A stretch of DNA of 64,000 bases from Bugula neritina. Its lineage: Eukaryota; Animalia; Bryozoa. The stretch covers positions 5,844,707-5,908,706 of the forward strand of contig OZ037767.1 in assembly GCA_964035545.1 (NCBI GenBank). The letters run 5' to 3'. The position numbers and the translations under genes were made by a program. Below the pieces are notes generated by a model. It had not been told where the DNA came from. It saw only the letters and a program-made list of their open reading frames with translations, and did not search any database. Shown piece after piece: positions 53,601 to 64,000 of the stretch. Within the stretch, counting starts at the first letter, position 1; each line of letters opens with the position of its first letter.

Positions 53601-56596
53601 GAAAAGGTGTAGTCAATGGTAGGTTACACAACTACTTCTTTATTAGAAAGAATGCGTATATAAATGCATGATTCATTATAAAATAATATCTTTACCTCGG
53701 GACAGCATAGAACCGGTAGTCAGTTTTGTGGAGAAAGAAAGGTGATAGAACCGTATTCAAAGTGTTGTTGCAGTCAGCATAGACAAGTATGCTGTGGTGT
53801 TGTACAGCAATAACTAAGTCTAGCAAGCTGTGTACACCACCGAGAAACAGTTGAGTAGAATGAAGCATTTCTTCTTCAAGTTTTCCTAGAAAAAAACCCA
53901 ATTTCTCTTTCAGAATAAGTTTTTATTTAAAAAATTTTGTAATTCTAGATTCTTAATGTCGAAAATATCAACATCTTGAGCATAGCCTTACATAGAATAT
54001 ACTATGTGTGTTGACTTTTGGTGCATAAAAATAGAAACTTTCATAACATATTTAACATACAAAAATATGCAAATATATAAAATTAACTGTCAACATACTA
54101 ATAATTTCTACCACATAATATAAAAAATTTGTTTTAAAACTGCACTTGCTTCTAGCGGTGGAATAAATTACCAAGTTGATGACCTGACAATTAGTTATAT
54201 AGCTCTAACGTTTGTCTGCAAATAAAAATGAAGTTGGATCAATATACAGGAGTTAACTTATGCGCAGGTCTGTCCACTCAGTCGATCATTTCAAAAACTA
54301 TACAAAACTAAGAATAACAAAAGAATTAATTAAGATTATGATAGGTACTTTAAATTTAAATAAATCAGTGCCACGACGCTAAAAGTTATAAATATAAAAG
54401 TAATGAATGGATTTTAACCACATAAATTTTCTGTAAGGTGCAATAATTAATGCAGACTATAGCAAAATTATTACTTGGCTTAAGACAAAGTGTTACTACT
54501 CAGTGTAGACTAAAACAACATGGAATATTTTATGTTACAGTTCTTCTAAAACAGCTTAAAACGTATAATTCTTGTTTTATTGGTTGTCAGAATTCACAAA
54601 TTACTTTAATAAAGAAAAATCTTCAAATACAAATAAATATATAGAAAGATAAATAATTTGTTTTAGTTTAGGAGTATTATGTTTATGTTTTAGCAAAGAA
54701 ATATTGATGGTAAGAATTTCAATACTAAAATTGGATAATTTAATTTCTTAATTATACGTGTATTCATTTGTAATCTATCTGATCTTTCTAAAAATTTCAA
54801 GACATGAATAAGAAAACATATCATTGTTTTTGCAACAATAAAACCTTAGCTATGGCCTAAACTAGCAGCTGTATTAGTAGGCATTATCTATTAGATCATA
54901 AAAAATGCTATTCCCTCCAAGAAAATTTAATTATGCTGGAATAATCAGTGTCACACCTCTGTACTCGCCCAAGTGCGTTGTTGTTATTTATATAATTTAT
55001 GACGACATTGTATTATTTGTCATTTGCATAAAATATGAAGTGTTTGACCAACTTCTGTTTGAATTGTCTGTGGATGATTCATTATTAAGCTAACAACAAC
55101 TTTTAAATGCCAAACATAAGAAGTATTATAGTTTTTTTGTTGAAAAAAAACTTTTGTAGCCAAAAGAAAAAATTAAAACCTACTGTTTTTGTTCAGATGC
55201 ACATTGGGTACACTAATTTCAAGTTTCACACATTTTTTAAAATTATTATTTTAGTTTCTTTTATTCTATTTTAATAGCTATTGGTATCCTTTACTATTAT
55301 GTAATTAATATTAATAGGAAGATTAAATAGGTAAAGTTTTGGTTTCATTCCAGGAAGGTGGTGGTAGTGGAGCAGTCTACGTAAAACGCCATTAGGTTCG
55401 TGTCTTCTTTTAAAACTTTATAATAATTGAATTTCTCAATTTGTATTGAATGTATTACACTTACATTTATGAGGTTTCTATAAAAATGGACAAAATTATT
55501 CCACTGCAGAATTGGACAACAATTAATGTGTTAATTAGACAAATAAAGTATTCAATCTTTAAGAATGTTCCCAGTTGGTAAATTATTTTTCTTAAATATT
55601 TTTTTTAACAGCCAGTTTTAATTATTTCATCGAATAGCAAGTGACTAAACTGTAATTTATCATTAATTTAAATTTCATAAAACTTTTTACAGAAGCAATG
55701 AGCTGTTTTGGGACTTGCATACAGCGCTTCAATTTAACTGCAGAACCAGTAGTAAGTATATCATGTAACCCACAAATTATAAAATACATCATATAAAGTT
55801 TGTGACTTCAATATTACAATAGTTCAAGCAATAATGGACACATTTATTATACGCATTTTCTTAAATACTCCAATACTTCAAGCAACTGCTTGGGTTTTTT
55901 CTGTTTGGTGTGTACTTCCATTTTAACTTTAGTTTTCAGCAAATTGCAATATTGGAAAACCTCCAGCTTTATAGATGGTGAAATTTGTACTTTAGATACT
56001 ATTTATTAGGAGTTAGTCAACTCTGTAAGATTAAGTTAATGTTAAAATTTGGAAGCAATTAGCAAGTTGCAACTATAACTTTTAGATTTTTTAATACAAA
56101 CAATAGCATGATTGTAATGCTATGGGCTGTTCATACATATCTAAATGGCTATTCTACATAATCAGTGAGGTACTATGAAATCAATTACTCTCAGTTTGTC
56201 CTTATAGCAGAGAAAGATGGTGAAAAGTGAAACTTACCAGTCCAGCACTTGAAGTGTTCGCTACAGTTCTCAGACTTGGATGTCAGCCACAAGTCGTTTA
56301 TCTTCAAATGATGATCTCCGTCATTCAGACTTTTTGCTGCTTCAAAATGGGCAGCAGCAAATCGATTCTCCAAATCACCGGAGTAGTCCAAACCACGAGC
56401 TATAATTATTCAATTTCCACATTTACTTGGCGAATTGATTTTTGTTCTACATATTTTTCAAAAAAATCGTTTTTGTCATCATTTTCCAAAAATACTTTTT
56501 TAAAAAATATCATTGATTTCTACAAAATAAAGCTGAACTCTCACCTGATTGACTGCACAAGAAAATCAAAGAGATCGCTACTTTTAAACAAGCCAT
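50693..56596 (-). CDS. Divergent TGF-beta superfamily ligand precursor (about 364 aa)
   Basis: Exons 56596-56545, 56399-56238, 53885-53696, 52749-52588, 52023-51847, 51044-50693 sum to 1095 nt in frame. Signal-peptide-like start MACLKVAISLIFLCSQSARG, prodomain, furin site RQRR (51902-51891), and a 131-aa mature region with C...W...YYCSGGC...TC...CAC* cystine-knot pattern. An in-frame ATG 25 codons upstream is an alternative start. Confidence 0.85.
51649..51835 (+). mobile_element. tRNA-derived SINE, copy 6 (internal deletion in head)
   Basis: gctgtggtatagtgcttagagtgctggcctagtggttcgagcc...ataattacgcctgtgccacatatgaataagtc...ttccatcaggggttctcacagggatagtaactacaacttgtgtgagtgttt. Confidence 0.75.
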
Positions 56597-57611
56597 CGTG
56601 TTCGCACTTGCCGTTAGCGAAAACTGGTAAAGTAGTATCGAAGCTGCGAATGGCTGCAATGACTTGCACATCTGCTTTTATAGGACCTTGAAACCCATTA
56701 CTATTAGTTGCATCATTCATCTTCAACCTGCGATCAACACTCTCATGGCGTGAACTGTTACGAGCTTAACTAATTGCAATGCGTAATAATTATTAGTTAA
56801 ACGGCTTTTACCTCTACCTAAAGCATAATTCATTCCATCAAGAGTTTAATTAGAAATAAGTAATTATTATTTAGTTATATATTCATTTCATATTAATGCT
56901 TTTGAAGTTTTAATTAAAATTTAAGTTAAGAACAAAATAGGCTTAAATGGCATACAGTGTACACTATTATTAATGTATTAGGGTAAGCATTTCTCCTTTT
57001 TAATATAAATTTCAAGTTTTATAATGCTTTTATTTATATGTTATTTAAAAATTGTTTTTTCAAAATATGTTTAATTAAAGCAATAGTTGTAAAGCTTACA
57101 CCTAAATAAGTATTGGTCAATCATTCAAATACAGAATATGATATTTTATATTTTAATTAAAAGATACTGCAATGTAATATAATGCAATATGGTATAATCT
57201 GTACTGATATATTAATTCAATGTAATATATTTCTCTCATGGTTGATAATATAAACATTGCAAGCAATTTTGTTTTGCTCCTTTACTATTAGATATGAATG
57301 TTCCTTAGTCTATTATTCTGTACATAAACACAAAACAGCTCCACACAGACTGTTTTGACCATTCTTTTGTATGTTATAATCACTTTTGAGGCTATGAAAG
57401 TAAAATTCCATGAAACATAACATACTCATTTTTTCTTATAGGTTATGCTGCCTGCAGTATATACACCTTTAGATTTTTCAGTACTAAATTGAAAGTTGCT
57501 AAAAAGTAAAAACCTCTACATTCAAGTTATATTTGTTATTTGCATACAAATAGTGTGGAAAGTTTTTTTATCTAATTGGACATTTAATATAATTTTGAAC
57601 AAACCGATCTC

Positions 57612-57752
57612 ATGACCATCACCATCAGTGTAAAGAGGCCACCGTGAATTTAGAAAGGCAAAAATATGCGTAGACCAATCACCATGAGTGTAGACCAATT
57701 ATCATGAGCGTAGACTAATCAAAACGCGTCTAGAAAGGTCACCATGGGTGTA
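57612..57752. repeat. Degenerate 20-bp minisatellite (agaccaatcaccatgagtgt)
   Basis: Units at about 57672, 57692 and 57712, with partial copies at about 57614 and 57738. Confidence 0.6.
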
Positions 57753-58532
57753 AAACAACAAAACGGAGTCATTCAATCAACGTAGTAACCTTCCATTTTA
57801 AATGATAATTTGCAATTGGTTGCTATAGAAGCATCTCCACATATTTTTAATATTACTGTTTTTCTACATGTTTTGCAGTAATATCTCAAATTTATTTATA
57901 AAACTGGAGCAATAAAACAAAAACATTTATAAATTATGTTCACTAATAATTGGCAATCGGAGTTGAATAGTTTTACTGTTTACTGCTTCATAGAGTAATA
58001 AATATGTGTTTATAATTCACTATTATAGTTGTCTGTTGCCAATGACAGGTTGGTATCCTATCATAATGTATGATCGATTGGATTAATGCCAGGTAGTTGT
58101 TGGCATTCAAAGCAAGTAGTTTATCGTGATGTCATCAGCTGAAAAAAAGCTTTAGTATCATCAAAGAAATATTCTAGAACCAAAAATAATATCTAAAAAT
58201 TTTAACTAAAACCCCTGCTTTCTAGTTTGAATTAATATAATATAGTAAAACTGTAGTTTAACATGCTAAATATAATCAGTATACAGAAGCTTTACTACAC
58301 GTGATTAATATTTCTTTCTTCTTGCTTAGGTACTTAATCAGTGAAGAAGGTACAAGGAAAATAGTTGTGGGCAGCTAGGCTGTTGTAAACCTTGTTGCTA
58401 TAACTTGTAATTGGTCTTACTTATTACCTATACATTATACAATCGTATATATATATATTTTATATGAATTGTCATTTATATATATTTTATATTCTGTAGG
58501 TGATTGTATATTATATATGATATATTATACTA

Positions 58533-58703
<171 letters not shown>

Positions 58704-60090
58704 ATATTACAGATAGTGATTACATGTAATACAATAACAGCTTATGTATGTAAATGAGGGATTGTGGTTTAATCCGAAGGAATGTATCAGGATTTTATAC
58801 AAACAGTTGTGTAATTCTAATATATGTACAATCACACTCTAATAGTTTCCTTATGAGCTAATAAAAATAATTAAAATAGAATATTTTTTGCATTAATCTA
58901 GGGATAGATCAATTATATTTGACACAACAATAAGCCAGTTAGTTGTAAAGCCAGTCACTTGCCAACATAAATTGCAGAAACTGTGTGAAATCATGTTAAA
59001 AGGTTAAGGAGATGAAATTCTTGAGTCCTTAATCATTTGCTTGCATAACATACAGTTTCAGGAAACGTGAAAGTTTAACAATAATTTTATTGATCTTCAA
59101 GATTTGAGAATCATTTGTGAGTTAACAAATAATGCAGAGTGCAATTATCTGATTTGTTGCAAGACTGTGATGATGGCACCAGCAGATTTTCAAAACAATT
59201 TTAAGTAGCAGAAAACACCTAATTTGTTTCCAAATAGTAGTCCTAAAGTATTAAGTGTAGATAATTGGTTATTTTACAATATGCAGTGGTTACAACCTAA
59301 CGCTCAACATGCACACTTGAATTAAGTTGAGATACTATACTGCTGAGCTATCTTTTCAACACATACCTATGCTTACAATGTAAAAATCTACAATAAAGTA
59401 TTAAAAAAATTATACAACTTTTTAATACTTAAGTAATAATCACATGAGTGTCCACCGTACCACAACTTCATATAACAACAAATCAATTACAGAACTTAAA
59501 ACTATTAATAGTCAATACATGAAATGCTATGGAGTACATTTGAAATATTATTTATTTTAGTTCTGATGAGTAAAATATATGCAGCGGTGAAAACCCAAGA
59601 GACAAATTGGCATCCAACAACTAAAAAGTTGCAAAGCTATTAGATAATAATTGGAATGTGGAGAAGAAAAATGTAGTAGCAAATTTATTAATATATCAGA
59701 AAATAACACAGAAAGAGAAAAATCAAAGAAAGGATTAAAATGTAATTTAAAATGCAGCATAAAAGAGTCTAAAGTAGTACATAAAATAGCTAAATGACTT
59801 ATTCTAAAGAAGTGGGTAACACAAACACACACAATATACAGAACAATATAAACTTATAAATTATTACAATAGCTGTTAATTACAAGCAGTAAAAAGAATA
59901 ACATGAATAATATATACAGTATGTATAAATAATACAAAGTTAGTAATGTACAAAAATTATCAGAATATTTCAAAAAAGTATTAAAATAATATAAATTGCA
60001 AAGGACAAAAGGACGGACATTATTATGCTTATTTAAAAAGACAGTCTAACAATAAATAAATGAAAAGTTCATGAGGCTAATAAGTCATCT

Positions 60091-60250
60091 AATGAAGGTG
60101 ATTGGCTAGAAGCATGTGATTGGCTAGTCAATAGCATCTGGTGTAAATGATTGGCTAGAGTTAAGTAACATTGAAGGTGATTGGCTCTTGGTAGACAACG
60201 CTAAATCTGATTGGCTAGAGGTGAGTATCGTTGAAGGTGCTTGGTTCTTG
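60091..60250. repeat. 30/60-bp periodic repeat with tgattggct cores, overlapping the usherin stop codon
   Basis: tgattggct at 60099, 60117, 60148, 60178 and 60208, with variant tgcttggtt at 60238. Confidence 0.8.
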
Positions 60251-63237
60251 TGGGAATTCAATTATGCTACTGGATACAGAGAAATCACTCTCTTCATACT
60301 ACAATATCAACCAGTAACTAGACTGAATAGACATATTGATGGAATATATTGTGACTATGTTGACGTAGCATGCAGTATAACATAATATTATAATATCTAT
60401 TCAAATTATAACTTTAGGTATGAAATTTAGACAAAGAGTTAAAATAAAGTTGCAACACATTTAAAGGACAACAAAGTTTTGAGCCATAGAATAAAAATTA
60501 CCACCAACAAAATATCATTGGATTTAAATTTAAAGAAGCAATTGTATAATTTTATGATGAATTTACCATGTTTTTCGTAATAAATATTTTGTAATTATTT
60601 AACTGATAATAAATATTGATGACATATATCATAGATATGATCAATAATATACAATAGACATTAGCATGGTTTATACATGGGAGTGTAAGCTATGTATATG
60701 GAGAACTTGCAACAGATGGAAATAAATACATTATCATGACTAGTTTATTAGAATCAGTACAGCAAAGAGTGCGGTGAGGGGGGAGGGTACCACCCTGAAG
60801 CATTGGTGTACATTTATCATATATATGCTTCATAGACAATGTGGTTATACATTACTTTCACTACATTCCATATACTTATGACACACATGCCGTAACATCT
60901 TAATTATTATAGAAAACTAGGTTATATAATTTCCAATTATACAATTGAGTAAGAATTTTTACTATAGACCACTGATGCAAACATTTGAATTTCATAGTTG
61001 ATTAACTTAAATAGGACTTAGGATTAAATAGAGCAATCAATTCAGCACTCAAAATTCAAGTTATAAATTTCTAATAGTCAATGAACTAAGAAATGATTCA
61101 CAATATGTAAACCAGCATAACAATATGCAAATCATAGCTCAAACACACTGCAATAACATTAGCTTTGATATTGTAAACTGGCCAACATCAGAATATTATT
61201 TTATTAAGTTTATCACTATTTGTAAGCCACAGTGACTGCAGTGTCTATTATCTAGCCTACGTACCAGTCCACTTTCCTGTAGCGCGGAGTCCCACGGATC
61301 CTCATCCTCAGAGTTGGTGAGGTTCAACTTAGACCTCAGGCTACGAGGTCGTTCAGGGCGGGGAGTAGACTGCTCCAAAACAGAGCCATCAGTTAAAGGC
61401 TCAACTGAGAGAGGAGATGGCAGAGCGGCATTCGATATGGGCCATATCATCGCTCCATGCTGCACGCCCACAAGCGATTGTCTCTCATTCGCATAGTGTG
61501 CGTAGGGAACTGAAGCTACGGGCTCCAACTTTGTATATCTCAAACCTCTAGGAGTCTACACAAGGAAAGACAAACAATACAATGAAGCTGACAAACACGA
61601 AAATCGGTATAGAAATATTACTCTGAACAGAACTTGTCAACTCACGGTGGGTGTAACCTGGGAGTCTTCAGATTCAGAGTAAAATGAATGGTTTAGGCCC
61701 TGCCCAGCAGCAGTAGTAGCGGCAGCAGCAGTCGTGGTAGCAGTAGCAGATGCACTGTTGACTGTTTCGTTGCTCTGTGACGTCTGCAGCTGATTTTGTG
61801 AAGCTGTCAGCTGACCTGGAGAGGTCAGAATATCGTGAAACGGCTGAATAGGCGTCAAAGTACTTTGACGTGGGCGTCTCGGGAGTGGAGTTTTCTCCCT
61901 TTCATACGGCGCTTTCTTCCCTCTTGCGCAATACTTGATCAACAACTACAAGCATGTAAACAAAGCATATAAATTAAACTAAATTTAAAGACTCTCTCCT
62001 CCGGAAAATTTAAATTTGAAATTATCTGATATAAATAAATAGATACACTCAACTCCATCTCGATAATCAAAGAGATATTAAAATAGTTGTTATAATGGCA
62101 GTTTAACATATTTTATGGTTGGCAAGTAACTAATAACTGAGTAGAAATACACTTTATAACTAACATAACAGACTTAAAAAATTACTATTCTGCATAATAC
62201 GGGAAAGGCCAATAATTATTATGAATAGCAACTTGCGAGTAGTAATGACTGATAATAATAACATGTTTCACAAGTGATTTGAATTATTAGATATTCGTGC
62301 ATCCTGGATTCTGTATAGAACTAATCCGAGATTAAAAGTAGTGTGACCTCTAGCAACTAACAAACTTACAAAGAAGGCAATAGCAGCTAAGAGCACGCAT
62401 ATCACTATAACCGGAATGAGCCAGGAGTAGTACGGTACAGCCTTAGAAGGGGCGGGTCCAGAGGTTTGGTCAGAGGTGGGAAGCTGGAGAGTAACTGTGC
62501 CTAAAAATACATTTGGATTTAAACAATATTACTAGAATAGTGTAAGGAGTAGTCATTTTGCTTTAATTTAAGAGCTGCATTTAATATTAAAAGGTTTAAA
62601 ATATTTTTTGAAGCTTTAGTAATTCATTTAGGCAGTAAGGATGAATACTTGCTTTTTTAACAAAAAATAACTGTTGAGAATTTTAAAAAAATCATCAAAT
62701 TTTTGAAGAGAGGGATGCTAAAAGTCGAAAAATGTATACTTCTGCTTCTAAATAAGTTTTGTGTCCAAAAAATTGTGATAGCATTACCATAAACCACCAC
62801 ACTATGAAGGTGAAGATTTATGTAGCAGGGCTACCCACAGAATGTATAATTTTATACATTATAACAGTTTTAATTTTATAATAAAGCTTAGATTAAATAC
62901 AATGGAATTTCTATTTCAGTATTCCTGAATTAAATTACCAAACTACATTTGGTTGACGAATATAAAAAAAGGTTAATCATGACAACTGGCAGTAATTCAC
63001 GGAAAAACCAAATAAGATGCAAAAATTACCATAACAGTTTTAAAATGTTGGGCAAAATATTTAAAATATACAAAGCAACATTCTTGGAAAAATATTCCTC
63101 CACAAAAGTGAAATGTGCTGAATATCTTAAAAAAACAATCCAAGTTGTTTTTTCATCAACAATATTTTCCCTAGTTTCAATCATATAGAAATCTCTAGAA
63201 CAAGGAGACAGTGAAACAGAGAGACAGAGCAACATAG

Positions 63238-63294
<57 letters not shown>

Positions 63295-63511
63295 AGAGGG
63301 GTAGAGATAGAGAGAGGGGGGAGAGAGAGAGAGAGGGGGGGGAAAGAGTGATAATGAAAAAGGGTGATAAATATGATCAGCAGTGATGTCAGCCAGAGGT
63401 AAGCATGCTGCTAAAGAAAGAACATCTTACCGGCAACTTCTGGTCTAACCCTGATCCAAGGAGAGCGTATGGTGCCTGTGGCTGTGATGACTGTTACTGA
63501 TACATCTATAG
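60215..63511 (-). CDS. USH2A: Usherin orthologue, 3' end (end of ectodomain, transmembrane helix, cytoplasmic tail); gene continues upstream, probably beyond the window
   Basis: Exons 63511-63431, 62500-62370, 61945-61646, 61555-61265, 60298-60215 join in frame: ...VTVITATGTIRSPWIRV...YYSWLIPVIVICVLLAAIAFFLLIKYCARGKKAPYEREKTPLP...PWDSALQESGLYEESDF...STFNDTHL*. This matches my recollection of the human usherin tail (TM helix, KEPYIRERPPL, ...SGLY..., TFTDTHL). Confidence 0.88.
63242..63347. repeat. (GA)n / purine-rich microsatellite
   Basis: Directly visible. Confidence 0.9.
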
Positions 63512-64000
63512 CTGTATAAAAAAAACTTGCATGTAAGCTAGACAAATCTTTACTACAGTTGAACTAAGTAAATCAGACTAAGGCTTGTGCAAACATGCCT
63601 ATTCCATTACAATATCATCATTAGTTTTTGAAACTAAAGTAGGCTTGTCTCTCAAAGCACTCAGAAAAGTTAACAAATCGTAACTTATTTGAATACAATT
63701 TGCAGAGAAAACAACTAGACAGGCAGATATAGGTCTTATTAATATAAAAGTTGTAAAATAGCGATTATTTTGCAATTTCAATATGACTTTCTCTTTTAGC
63801 CTAGTGGAGGATAAATGTCCCGAATATGCCAGGGTAGTGTTGTGTACTATTAGTCCCATACGAGACATACTCTAAATGTATTGAAAGTGGAGAAAGTGGA
63901 ATAGTTGGCAAACATAGCCTAGCTCACAGAATACATGTAACTTACTTATTCAGAAGATATGCAGGTCATGTGTTACCTACACCTCAGGTCTTAAGAAAGC

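Noticed and set aside
55510-55695. Spliced in-frame TGA (tg|a) suggesting a selenoprotein on +
   Set aside because: Depends on one arbitrary exon choice; no SECIS or homology support.
56227-56691. 154-aa + strand ORF
   Set aside because: Antisense shadow of TGF-beta exons 1-2 and their intron; no recognisable motifs.
56541-56726. ORF MKMNDATNSNGF... as the first coding exon of the TGF-beta gene
   Set aside because: Its phase is incompatible with exon 2 (gives an early stop); another frame gives a signal peptide and stays open.
60091-60250. CRISPR-like repeat-spacer array
   Set aside because: Eukaryotic intron-containing context, 9-bp core only, spacers related to each other, no cas genes.
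63599-63868. ORF MSRMGLIVHNTTLAYSGHLSSTRL as the next upstream usherin exon
   Set aside because: The YSG motif is suggestive of an FN3 strand, but I found no convincing phase-1 donor, so it is left out of the model.

Overview
AT-rich, intron-rich animal (invertebrate-type) genomic DNA. Hand-assembled GT-AG exon chains give four sets of genes. (1) A cluster of five paralogous SLC22-family (MFS organic ion) transporter genes, three on + (the first is 5'-truncated by the window edge) and two on -, arranged tail-to-tail with nearly identical 10-exon structure. (2) A 10-exon ankyrin-repeat gene on -. (3) A 6-exon, highly divergent TGF-beta superfamily ligand gene on -, with signal peptide, RQRR furin site and a six-cysteine knot that lacks the inter-chain cysteine. 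(4) The 3' end of an usherin (USH2A) orthologue on -, ending in the PDZ ligand DTHL. Repeats include six copies of a tRNA-derived SINE, three inverted-repeat elements and many microsatellites. Two observations stand out: patchy, near-exact homogenisation of particular SLC22 segments (whole extracellular-loop exon, a 60-bp TM3-TM4 tract and part of exon 6) between otherwise very divergent and even inverted paralogues, and the unusual TGF-beta-like ligand. All gene models and counts were made by eye, without alignment or database tools.
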